Shown: one piece after another, positions 9,926-19,212 of the stretch | How the letters are laid out: each line of letters starts with the position of its first letter | Position numbering within the stretch: the stretch's first letter is position 1 | From: Spirochaetota bacterium | GTDB taxonomy: Bacteria; Spirochaetota; UBA12135; COTS27 | Length of the DNA: 64,000 nucleotides | Direction of reading: 5' to 3' | NCBI GenBank assembly: GCA_965249715.1 | Contig: CBDFMP010000043.1 | Location: 2,771-66,770, forward strand | Program-made: the position numbers and the translations under genes | The notes under the pieces: generated by a model | What the model was told of the DNA's origin: nothing | The model's input: the letters and a program-made list of their open reading frames with translations, nothing else | Database searches by the model: none

Positions 9926-10806
9926 CTAAAGTTGCGACTCTAAAAAGCGCAATGTGCGCTGTGCAGCCAACTCGGCTTCCTCAGCTTTATAAAGCGGATT
10001 GCTGCCCTTACGGCTGGCAAAACCATGTGATGTATTGGGATAAATGTACACTTCATGGTCACCATTGAGTGTTTTCAATGTAACTTGAAACTCCCGTACT
10101 GTGTCCACACTAATACTGCGATCATTGTCAGCAAAATGCCCTAAAATGGTTGTACGCATCTTGGAAAGGTCGTCTTTGGGATTGAAAAATCCGTAATAAA
10201 TAACAGAAGCTTTGACGCCCAGCTGATTACGCGCCATCTGGTATGACCAGCCGCCGCCAAAACACCAGCCAATCGCTGCCAAGCGTTCAGCATCGACACG
10301 CGGGTGATTTTTCAGAAAAACAACAGCTGATTTCAAGTTATTGAATGCAGCGGTGACGTCTTTACGAACAGCGGTCGCCAATTTGCGCGCTTCAGCAGGT
10401 TCAGCGGTTGCTTCACCGTTATAAAGATCGACTGCAAATGCCACATAACCTTGTGCAGCAAAAGCGTCCGCTTGGCGTTTAATGTCATCGTTCAATCCCC
10501 ACCATTCATGAATCAAGATAAGCGCCGGTTGCGGTGTGCGTTTTCAGGCAATGCCAAATAACCCTTAACCGATGATTCACCGGGCACGTACTTCTCCCCT
10601 GTAAAGGTGTAGGGGAGCATTTCACCGTTAAGCGGTACTGCTGCTGCTGCCGGCTCTTGTGCCCATCCGCTTGCTGCCAGCCCTAAGATAAATATAGATA
10701 CCATCGCCCCCAGCTTGCCGCAAGCTGTAAACAATGTCCCCCTAAAATCCATGCAGTTATGCCAAAGCTGCCGTACATTTATAATAACAGACTTAAAAAT
10801 CATCAT
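9926..10806 (-). pseudogene. Secreted dienelactone hydrolase family protein, split by one frameshift
   Basis: ORF 10513..10806 carries a signal peptide and ends ...GYLALPENA. ORF 9926..10516 continues as (TPQPALIL)IHEWWGLNDDIK...GWCFGGGW...HGF. The frames join if one base is restored in T4 run 10541-10544 (minus strand gaaaac). Confidence 0.8.
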
Positions 10807-10881
10807 TAGTTTTCCTTATCAATTCGTTTTCCGTATCGCTCAATTTCAAGTACTCAAGCTATTATTATAATATAATTACCA

Positions 10882-12432
10882 ATGTTAACATACTACAAAA
10901 AGTTATTATTACACATTGCGTTTATGTTGAAATCAAACATCCGCGTCCACTGCTTATGGCTGTTAATTTGCCTTAGCCTCCCGTATTTGCTGCATGCTCA
11001 GTCCAGCGCGCAAACTTCAATAACAACCACTCAGACAGCAGCGGCAGAAGAGCCGCTGCGGCTCATATTTATCAACGATATGAACCTGCTGCTTTATTTT
11101 CATCACAATCAAATTGTGGAGATCACCGGTAATGAACGCACCTTCACCGCAGCTTTCAACCTTGCGTTCACCAGTATTCGTATTGTCAGTCCATCTTGGC
11201 GCATTCGCTTTCGCAGCGATGTAGTGCTTATTGAGCCGCTCTCATTGAAAGGACGGCTTTACGAAAACTTCACACCGCCGCCCTTGCTGTTCAGCGAGCT
11301 TGCTTTAAATATTCAATATATCGCCGATGCCAGCACGCGCGCGGCACTGGCTAAACAAAATTTTCAAACAGCGTTCACATTTGGCATCTTTCGCCCATTG
11401 GTAAAAGTATTTCCCATGAAAAGTTACTTTTACCCGATTGTCTTTAAAACTTCACCCTATGATACCACTACAGGCCTCGATGCAGCGAGCCCCACGCGAA
11501 AAGATTTACGTGAAATAGGTCATTCTTTTGTGACCGGGCATCGCGATGAGCCACTAGGCGCCATCGTGGTCGATCGCTTTGATACAGGTACTCTGTACTC
11601 ACTGCTTGTGCGTAATTTTGCATGGGCACTGGGCGTGAGCAATGGCGAAGAAGGGTTGGATGCCAATTCCGCTAAAACCATCTCCACACGCTTCGCCTTT
11701 TCCAATGCAAAGTGGCATACGGGGGTTAATATGCAAGTGGGGAATATAGGCTCTGTGCCGATAAAAGAAACTAAACACTATTACCAGCTCTTTTTTTACT
11801 GGAACTCAGCGGACTTTCCCAGCAGTATTGCACAAGAGGAGTTGGAGGTCGCCAAGCTGCTGAAAAAACCCGCCAAGCCCAAAAGCTCAGTAAAGGCATT
11901 GCAGTACAGAACGGGTTTTGAGAGTATGCTGCATCTGCACGGTGTGCGTCAGCCTGAGATTCTCAACGCCGATGGTACCATTAAAGAGAACTACACCTAT
12001 CAAGGTTATGATTTTGATACCATCGATGAGCTCTTTGATTTCATGGATGGCTACTTTTCACCATTCACCGTCTTCAATAACGGAAGTTACGATGACAGCT
12101 CGCAAATCAGCCATGATGTCCTTTACGGACTGTCCTATCTACTTTACTTGGAGCTGCGTTATAAGAAATTTCTCTCGTTCACCACGCATTTCAGCGGTTA
12201 CGATCCCAACTTACTCAGTGAAAGTTATGAACCTTATCTCAGGCGTTATCGCGGTTTTGTGCGTTTTGGTTTTCACCTGAAAAACTATCTCAGTTTTTAT
12301 TTCTCCGCCACCTACACACACGATGTGCTGCATTTAAACTGGGATCAGTTTTATGAACGTGAGCCGCGTGATCCGCACTTTATCCGCGACTACAGCCTTT
12401 ATGCTGGCTTAGTGTATTATATTGCGCGTTAA
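10882..12432 (+). CDS. Hypothetical secreted or outer-membrane protein
   Basis: 516 aa with an N-terminal signal peptide (LWLLICLSLPYLLHA/QS) and an aromatic-rich C-terminus (...YAGLVYYIAR) compatible with a beta-barrel. I recognise no family. Confidence 0.5.
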   Translation: MLTYYKKLLLHIAFMLKSNIRVHCLWLLICLSLPYLLHAQSSAQTSITTTQTAAAEEPLRLIFINDMNLLLYFHHNQIVEITGNERTFTAAFNLAFTSIRIVSPSWRIRFRSDVVLIEPLSLKGRLYENFTPPPLLFSELALNIQYIADASTRAALAKQNFQTAFTFGIFRPLVKVFPMKSYFYPIVFKTSPYDTTTGLDAASPTRKDLREIGHSFVTGHRDEPLGAIVVDRFDTGTLYSLLVRNFAWALGVSNGEEGLDANSAKTISTRFAFSNAKWHTGVNMQVGNIGSVPIKETKHYYQLFFYWNSADFPSSIAQEELEVAKLLKKPAKPKSSVKALQYRTGFESMLHLHGVRQPEILNADGTIKENYTYQGYDFDTIDELFDFMDGYFSPFTVFNNGSYDDSSQISHDVLYGLSYLLYLELRYKKFLSFTTHFSGYDPNLLSESYEPYLRRYRGFVRFGFHLKNYLSFYFSATYTHDVLHLNWDQFYEREPRDPHFIRDYSLYAGLVYYIAR

Positions 12433-12446
12433 GAAATGGCAATGGC

Positions 12447-12656
12447 TCAGGGCTGACTTTCAACTTTATCCGCAATGCCGCGGAAAAGTCCTGCCACGCT
12501 GCTTTTCACCAATGCAATGGAATCGGCAAATACGGTCTTAAACGCTGTCCGTCCCTTGGGCGTGAGTTCTATGTATTCCAATTTCACAGTACCATAAAAT
12601 AAGGCTGTGATCACAAAAAATGTAACAATCGCGCGAATAAAGATTTTCAGTATCAT
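12447..12656 (-). CDS. Small membrane protein (hypothetical)
   Basis: 69 aa with one clear TM helix (IVTFFVITALFYGTV). There is no other support. Confidence 0.35.
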   Translation of the reverse strand: MILKIFIRAIVTFFVITALFYGTVKLEYIELTPKGRTAFKTVFADSIALVKSSVAGLFRGIADKVESQP

Positions 12657-12725
12657 CAGCTTTCAATCACTTATCAATGGTTTTACACAGGTTTTATTGT
12701 CGCCGCTGCAAGCACTTAAGTTTCG

Positions 12726-14372
12726 TCACGTTGCGGTAAAAATCTTAAGTAAAACAGGCAATGCCACCCAAGTGCCAATAGCCGACCCCAATGAAACAAA
12801 ACAAAATACAAGTAAAATTTTCGTGAACTGATTTTTCCACCAGGCAGCAAAGGACTTTAGTTTAAGCGGCGCGGTTTCCAGTTCATGCACACTAGGTGGG
12901 CGCCAATAAGCCTCAAACCAAGCCGCTACCAGTCCAGCACCAATGGTGGGATTCAGCGACGTAATGGGCGCCGCACAAAATGCCACCAAGATAGTTAAGG
13001 GATGGGCGCCGGCAATGAGTGCGCCTAAGGCACTTAAAACACCATTGACCATGACCCAGCTCATAAAGGCTTGGCGTCCCGTCTCCCAATCCGCACGATA
13101 AAAGCCCCAGGCAAACAGCATTAAGATCAAACAAGGCAGCGCCCATTTCAAGTACTTCCAAAAGTGACTGGGAGCGGGTGTCACCAATAAACCTGCAAAA
13201 AACCTGCGTGTGCGGGTTAAATTTTCTTGCGACAACAAGCTGGATAACTTTAAGTTCCCCTCTGCTGCATGCTGCAAGCTTGCAGTAGCTTGTGTAGAGG
13301 TTTTTTTTCTGATTTGCTTGTGTGGCAATGTTATGGTCACACCGCCCAAAGCCTGTACAGCCGCTGCATTTGCCTCAGCATTGGCTGCAAATGCAACGGA
13401 CGCGGCGTGCGGAAATAAGTCGCGCAAGCGCGCAGGGGGAGCTGTGTATAAATTTTTTCCTAAACGCTTCCAATAATTCAGCATCCCTTGAACATGTCCC
13501 GCGCCAACAATGACAATGCCTAAAAAGCCGCGCGGCGCGGCAAGCAAGCTGAGGCGAAGATTTTCAGCCATGTAAACATCGCGCTCATCAATGACAACCT
13601 GTTTCAGCGTGGGAAAAGGACGTGCCAACTCCTGCAAGAGACGCGCAAGTTGATCTTTATGTTTAAGCTGCTCAATCAGCTCCACAGTACTGGTGGGGTG
13701 ATTCTTGTTTGGCTTGTGTTCAGTCGCAGTTTCAGGCACCAGTGGCGACCCGAGGCCCCAGCCGCCCAAACAAAATTTAAGCTGCTGCCACAAAGACATC
13801 AAACGCCAGGCACGTTTAAGCGTCAGCTCCGCTGGTCTATCGATGAGCGTGAGCGGAAGGCGATAACGTTTCGCCAGTGCAATCGCGCGTTTAAATTCAG
13901 CACCGGGTTCAGCGCCCACTTCCGCGGCAATGCGGCGCTGCAACAGCGCAAAAAGCAAATAAGCAACAAAAAAGTAGCCTTGTCCTGAGCGCAAAATTTC
14001 GCGAATATTAAGATTTTTAAACGTGCCTTCGGTAAGGGCGGCATAACGTTTGTTATCCAGTTCTAAGAACAGCTGCGGCAGCTGCGTGCCTGCTGCCGTG
14101 CCGCGTTTGGCACGCGTGGCTGGTTGTGCCTGGGAGCCTGCCTTTATAGGCGGCTTAGCCGCCTTAGCTGCATTAGCTTTAGCGCCATATTCATTGATGA
14201 GCTGCGAGACTTGGTCAACAGAAACTTTAGAAACATGGGCAGTACCCACCAACATGAACGTACGCCCGCCACTAAAACGCAGGCGTAAAATATTAGGAGC
14301 AGTCTCGGTAACAGTTTGCAACATCATGCAGTAATAACGGGAGCCAACCACTAAGTCAAAGCCGCGCCGCAC
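12726..14372 (-). CDS. TraB/GumN family protein with C-terminal membrane domain
   Basis: 548 aa with the N-terminal FMLVGTAHVSKVSVDQV motif, a later IVIVGAGHVQGM motif, and several C-terminal TM helices. Confidence 0.7.
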   Translation of the reverse strand: MRRGFDLVVGSRYYCMMLQTVTETAPNILRLRFSGGRTFMLVGTAHVSKVSVDQVSQLINEYGAKANAAKAAKPPIKAGSQAQPATRAKRGTAAGTQLPQLFLELDNKRYAALTEGTFKNLNIREILRSGQGYFFVAYLLFALLQRRIAAEVGAEPGAEFKRAIALAKRYRLPLTLIDRPAELTLKRAWRLMSLWQQLKFCLGGWGLGSPLVPETATEHKPNKNHPTSTVELIEQLKHKDQLARLLQELARPFPTLKQVVIDERDVYMAENLRLSLLAAPRGFLGIVIVGAGHVQGMLNYWKRLGKNLYTAPPARLRDLFPHAASVAFAANAEANAAAVQALGGVTITLPHKQIRKKTSTQATASLQHAAEGNLKLSSLLSQENLTRTRRFFAGLLVTPAPSHFWKYLKWALPCLILMLFAWGFYRADWETGRQAFMSWVMVNGVLSALGALIAGAHPLTILVAFCAAPITSLNPTIGAGLVAAWFEAYWRPPSVHELETAPLKLKSFAAWWKNQFTKILLVFCFVSLGSAIGTWVALPVLLKIFTAT

Positions 14373-14439
14373 CCCTTAATGGTACTATGAAATCACGTAC
14401 TGAAACGCCAAGTTAAGGGCATTATAAACAACTGGCACC

Positions 14440-17004
14440 TCAATAAAAATAACGCAGGCTCAGTTCAATGCTGCGTGCAGGTTCGGTCTCCAGCGCAATG
14501 CGGTTTTCCGTTTCAAAATCATAAACCGTATATTCCAATGTCTCCAATGCAAAATCCAACAGATTATAAACATTAAGATAAATATCCAAAAACCGTGTAT
14601 GCGACAACGACACACGCCATTTAAAGCGCAGATCAAGATTCCAGCGTGCATCTTCACGCGTGCCAAATTCACCATTATACAGCAGAAGGTTATCACCGCT
14701 CACTTCATCGCGCAGCCAGGAAACGTGTGCGCCCGGCCCATCCTGATCCAAAAAGTAATCCCAGGAACCTGCCGGTTGCCCATCGCGATAGGATAAAACA
14801 AAGGCCCCCGTTAAATTCTTTAAAAACTGATAGGATGCAAACACACGCACCAAATATGAACGATCCATATCATAACGTCCCACCGGTTTGAGCAAATTAT
14901 TGGGGTCCGCCATGCTGTATTCAAAAACTCCAAGACTATTATGCACGGGACCATTGCCTTGCCGCGTGATGCCATTTAGCAGATAAGCGGTGAAAGTGAT
15001 CGCAAAAGTGTATCGTTTACCGATGCCATTAAACCCTGTTGTCGCGCCTAAGTACATGGGACTGTTATTGAACCATGTGCGCCCGCTCTCAGGAAAATAT
15101 GAGCTCGGCAAATTACAGAGCTCATATTGTTTTTCCCCATTAGTCTCATAAAAGACATTGGTGCCGTCTTCATCCCTGTATTCGCCATAATTTGTAGCCG
15201 CGCCTTTATAACAAACCCAGGGCATTTGTTTAAAAAGTCTGTAATGCCCGCCTAAGGAAAAAGTCCATGCACGCGCCAATTGCGCAGTGAAGGGAATATC
15301 TAAATAATAATAATGCGGCTGTTTAAAATTATCAGCAAGCGATTGATAGCGCCCACCTGCAGTGCTATAAGTGGCATTGGTATCTGCAGAAGTACTGTCA
15401 GTGGCTACGTAGTTAACAGTATTTTGATAAGAATCGCTTAAGAACTGAGCGTACTCCGTGGTATAAGTAGTATTTTCACGTCCCAGTAAAATTCCCAAGC
15501 TGACCCGGCTTGTCTGCAAGGGTCTGAGTTCCACTCTAAAATAAGGCGTGACTCTGGCAACGGACTCAGCCACTAATAACAGCGCGTCCAAATCAAACCC
15601 CGCCTCCACTTCCCACCAATCTGTTGTGGCATCATTAATGCTAATGCCCAGCTGGTGTGCCAAAAGTCCATAAACCGTGTCTGCTTGCTGCACATGACTC
15701 TGATAAAGCGGAACTGCATTTGTATATTGATCATCGTCTTGAAAATAAACATTGCGCGTGAAGCTCTCTTTGGCTGGACTAATGGCTACAATAGCAAACC
15801 TTGTGGCTTCCACCAGCTTAAGAAATTCGTGACGATAAACATCAAAAGCCCAGCTGAACGTAGTCTGTGGCGTGAATTCTACAATGGTGCCTGGTACATT
15901 GGTGAAAGGATAAAGCCCTTCACCGGAAACACGTAATAGATTATAAGAATTTCCAGCTGGAGCATTGCTGGTTAGCTCATGCAGCCCCAAAGTGAGTGCT
16001 ATTGTTCCGTTAAGCTTACCAGCTCTGCGTTTAGCGTAAGTGGTCACTGCCAATGAGTTAAGCCCCAGCGTCTCCTCTTCACGTAAATGAAACTCAGCTC
16101 CCCAATGCTCACGAGTGAATAAACTTGCCATAAAACCGCCAGTCCAAACATGTGTGTCCGTTGCAGCCAACGGCTGCGTGTAACCGGTTACCGTCAGCGC
16201 CGCTGCGGTTTCTTTAAAAACACTATAACCCTGATTGGCACTTTCGTGGGTAAATTGCAAAAATTGGCGTGTCCCTAGGTGATAAAACAAATCGATCACA
16301 AATGGCTGTGTGGGTTTTAAGTCCGTTTGTAAAAGCGGCTGGAGAACATGGCGTTGAAATCCTTCCAGTCCAGCAATGGCGCCCGGGCGCTCAGTAGGTG
16401 CGGGAATTTCTCTGATCTGTGCCGCACGATGAATATTGGAAAAGGCTTCCGCATAAGGTACCATGGGGCCTACTTGCCCTATGAGAATAGCGGTATAATT
16501 GAAAGCGGATGCGGTCTGTGCTGGTACGTAATTGCGTGTACCCGCTAAACCGTCTATAGCCACATCGTGACCAAGCGGCAACAGACGATACAGTGAACGT
16601 CCTGAGAAATAAGCGCTTGTTGTTTCTATTGTATTTATATAACTGCGGTTCCAAAGCCATGGATGACCATAAAGTGAATAAACTTCACCATCGGCAAAGG
16701 AAAAAGCCCCTGTGCTTTCTAATTGATAAGTGCTTTGTGGAAGTGTATGTGTGAGCAATGCGGAGAGGCGAAATGAGAGATAACGATCTGCAAAAAAGTC
16801 AAGCGGCAGCCACTCGCGCACTGCTACGGGAAGCAAAAGCTGCTGTCTGCTGCCGCGCGTATAATCATCAGCCGCTATTGGTTCACTCAGTGGAAGTGCC
16901 CATAACATGGGGGGCAGCAGGCAGCCCCAGGCTATCCATGCAAACAATGGCATTAAAAAACGCGAACAGCGCCGTAACATAAAAAACAAAAAATACAATA
17001 ACAT
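14440..17004 (-). CDS. Large hypothetical outer-membrane (beta-barrel-like) protein
   Basis: 854 aa with an N-terminal signal sequence (MLLYFLFFMLRRCSRFLMPLFAWIAWGCLLPPMLWALP), aromatic-rich alternating strands and the terminal ...SIELSLRYFY. Its 5' end is part of the tandem repeat at 16812-17901. Confidence 0.55.
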   Translation of the reverse strand: MLLYFLFFMLRRCSRFLMPLFAWIAWGCLLPPMLWALPLSEPIAADDYTRGSRQQLLLPVAVREWLPLDFFADRYLSFRLSALLTHTLPQSTYQLESTGAFSFADGEVYSLYGHPWLWNRSYINTIETTSAYFSGRSLYRLLPLGHDVAIDGLAGTRNYVPAQTASAFNYTAILIGQVGPMVPYAEAFSNIHRAAQIREIPAPTERPGAIAGLEGFQRHVLQPLLQTDLKPTQPFVIDLFYHLGTRQFLQFTHESANQGYSVFKETAAALTVTGYTQPLAATDTHVWTGGFMASLFTREHWGAEFHLREEETLGLNSLAVTTYAKRRAGKLNGTIALTLGLHELTSNAPAGNSYNLLRVSGEGLYPFTNVPGTIVEFTPQTTFSWAFDVYRHEFLKLVEATRFAIVAISPAKESFTRNVYFQDDDQYTNAVPLYQSHVQQADTVYGLLAHQLGISINDATTDWWEVEAGFDLDALLLVAESVARVTPYFRVELRPLQTSRVSLGILLGRENTTYTTEYAQFLSDSYQNTVNYVATDSTSADTNATYSTAGGRYQSLADNFKQPHYYYLDIPFTAQLARAWTFSLGGHYRLFKQMPWVCYKGAATNYGEYRDEDGTNVFYETNGEKQYELCNLPSSYFPESGRTWFNNSPMYLGATTGFNGIGKRYTFAITFTAYLLNGITRQGNGPVHNSLGVFEYSMADPNNLLKPVGRYDMDRSYLVRVFASYQFLKNLTGAFVLSYRDGQPAGSWDYFLDQDGPGAHVSWLRDEVSGDNLLLYNGEFGTREDARWNLDLRFKWRVSLSHTRFLDIYLNVYNLLDFALETLEYTVYDFETENRIALETEPARSIELSLRYFY

Positions 17005-17096
17005 AAATAATAATCCCTATCAGTTTGCCAAACCTTAACGCGAGCGCTGCAACAGCTTGCCAATGAGCGGCGAAGGTTCAAGTTTAAACGTCTTCA

Positions 17097-17357
17097 TTAA
17101 CCGCCGCCCGTCAACCGCCAAGTCTTTAACAGAAAGTGCTGCTGCTTGTTTGATAGCAGCCGCCACTCGCGCACTGCTACGGGAAGCAATAGCTGCTGTC
17201 TGCTGCCGCGCGTATAATCCTCAGCCGCTATTGGTTCACTCAGTGGAAGTGCCCATAACATGGGGGGCAGCAGGCAGCCCCAGGCTATCCATACAAACAA
17301 TGGCATTAAAAAACGCGAACAGCGCCGTAACATAAAAAACAAAAAATACAATAACAT
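17097..17357 (-). pseudogene. Decoy copy of the 854-aa gene 5' end (86-aa ORF)
   Basis: The first 65 aa are nearly identical to the 14440..17004 N-terminus. The ORF then reads into an inverted-frame cca fragment. Confidence 0.85.
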
Positions 17358-17490
17358 AAATAATAATCCCTATCAGTTTGCCAAACCTTAACGCGAGCGC
17401 TGCAAAAAAGCCTCAGCCGCGCGCACTAGCTGTACGCGCGTATTCAAAGCAAACGTCTTCATTAACAGCCGCCCGTCAACCGCCAAGTCT

Positions 17491-17658
17491 TTAACATGAA
17501 GTGCTGCTGCCGCACGTATAATCCTCAGCCGCTATTGGTTCCAGTGGAAGTGCCCATAACATGGGCGGCAGCAGGCAGCCCCAGGCTATCCCTGCAAACA
17601 ATGGCATTAAAGAACGCGAACAGCGCCGTAACATAAAAAACAAAAAATACAATAACAT
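17491..17658 (-). pseudogene. Second decoy copy of the 854-aa gene 5' end (55-aa ORF, below the track cutoff)
   Basis: My translation: MLLYFLFFMLRRCSRSLMPLFAGIAWGCLLPPMLWALPLEPIAAEDYTCGSSTSC*. Confidence 0.8.
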
Positions 17659-17688
17659 AAATGATAATCCCTATCAGTTTGCCAAACC

Positions 17689-19119
17689 TTAACGCGAGCG
17701 CTGCAAAAAAGCCCCAGCCGCGCGCACTAGCTGTACGCGCGTATTTAAAGCAGGAGTTTCCAAAACCATTTCCAACAAATGCCGCAACAGCTTGCCAATG
17801 AGCGGCGAAGGTTCAAGCTTAAACGTCTTTATTAACAGCCGCCCGTCAACCGCCAAGTCTTTAACATGAAGTGCCGCTGCTTGTTCGATGGCAGCCGCCA
17901 CACGCGCCTCAAACCGCAATAGTTCCGTTTCTTCACGTTGCAAAGTACGCGTAACCGCCAAGTGCGATGTCATCCCGCGGCCTTTCCTGTCCGCACGCAC
18001 CAATGCCAATAATAACGAAACATTGGCAAGCCCCACACGGCGCAGCCAGCGGCGTATAGTTGCGTCATTCCAGTTGTCTGTGCTGTAAAGCATATGTTCA
18101 CGTACCAAACGTGTCACACGCGCACTCAGCTTGCTTGCAAAGCGCAAGCGCCGAAGAATTTGCGCCGTCTGCTCAGCCCCTTTAACGTCATGTTGAAAAA
18201 ATGTAGCCTGTCCAGTTTCTGGCAAAACTTTGCGTGTTTGCGGCTTCGCCACATCGTGAAAGAGCGCAGCCAGCGGCAGTTCCAGCGCCTGCCGCAACTC
18301 GTGCTCCGCTGCCAGCTTATGTTGATAATCCGTGACAGCAGCCAACACAGCCAGCGTGTGTTCGTACACATCATAGGCATGAAAGGCATTTTGTGACACA
18401 CCCTGCAGTGTCGTTAGTTCCGGGAGAAATTCCTGTAAAAGACCGCTAACATTAAGGGCGCGCATGCCTGCAACAGCATTCTGCCCGCTAAGCAATTTAC
18501 TCAGCTCATCACGAATGCGCTCTACGGCTATGCGCTTCAACTGCCCGGCCATCGCCTGCATCGCCTGCAAACAAGCTGTTGTCAGTGTAGCATCCAACTG
18601 TGCCACAAAACGACAAGCACGCATCATCCTGAGCGCATCTTCTGTAAACCGTTCTTGGGCATTGCCAATAGTGCGAATACACCGAGCTTGCAGATCTGCA
18701 CGTCCGTTAAAAGCATCGAGCACTTCCTTAGTTTCAGGGTGATAGGCAAAAGCATTAATGGTAAAATCGCGCCGCTTCAGATCTTCAATAAGCCGCCGCG
18801 TAAAAAAAACCTCACTTGGTCTGCGTGCGTCGTGATAAGTCCCCTCTGTGCGATACGTTGTGACCTCATAAGCATCGCCATCCACTAAGAGGGTTAACGT
18901 ACCGTGTGCAATGCCCGTAGGCAGCGCAGCCGGGAACAGCTGCTTCAGCTCCTGAGGCGTGGCACTGGTGGCAAAGTCAATATCACCACCGCGGCGTCCC
19001 AAAAGCTGATCGCGCACAAAGCCGCCCACAACGTACAGCTCATACCCTGCCGCAGCCACCCTGTGGTATAACCGCATGGCACTGGCTTGCAGAGCTATGG
19101 GAAACTTAAATGCTTCCAC
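17689..19119 (-). CDS. cca: CCA-adding tRNA nucleotidyltransferase with HD domain
   Basis: 476 aa with the Pol-beta-type motif GGFVRDQLLGRRGGDIDFAT, RRDFTINA, and an HD region (LFHDVAKP). Confidence 0.85.
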   Translation of the reverse strand: MEAFKFPIALQASAMRLYHRVAAAGYELYVVGGFVRDQLLGRRGGDIDFATSATPQELKQLFPAALPTGIAHGTLTLLVDGDAYEVTTYRTEGTYHDARRPSEVFFTRRLIEDLKRRDFTINAFAYHPETKEVLDAFNGRADLQARCIRTIGNAQERFTEDALRMMRACRFVAQLDATLTTACLQAMQAMAGQLKRIAVERIRDELSKLLSGQNAVAGMRALNVSGLLQEFLPELTTLQGVSQNAFHAYDVYEHTLAVLAAVTDYQHKLAAEHELRQALELPLAALFHDVAKPQTRKVLPETGQATFFQHDVKGAEQTAQILRRLRFASKLSARVTRLVREHMLYSTDNWNDATIRRWLRRVGLANVSLLLALVRADRKGRGMTSHLAVTRTLQREETELLRFEARVAAAIEQAAALHVKDLAVDGRLLIKTFKLEPSPLIGKLLRHLLEMVLETPALNTRVQLVRAAGAFLQRSR

Positions 19120-19212
19120 AATTTTCGCTTAGTATTCGTTAAAATGCTGCTCGGTTACAATCGGCACCCGCTTCACTAATGCGGACTTCACTAAGGCAGA
19201 CTTCATCACATA

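Larger units (their letters stand above)
16812..17901. repeat. Tandem triplication of the cca-3'end / 30-bp spacer / OM-gene-5'end junction (degenerate copies)
   Basis: The gene-start string cataaaaaacaaaaaatacaataacat plus the 30-bp spacer recurs ending at 17004, 17357 and 17658. Each copy is followed by ttaacgcgagcgctgcaa (the cca stop region). The internal cca fragments carry different deletions. Confidence 0.9.

Noticed and set aside
10513-10560. Programmed ribosomal frameshift in the dienelactone hydrolase
   Set aside because: There is no slippery heptamer plus stimulatory structure, and no known precedent in this family. A 1-nt indel in a 4-nt homopolymer (mutation or sequencing error) is the simpler explanation.
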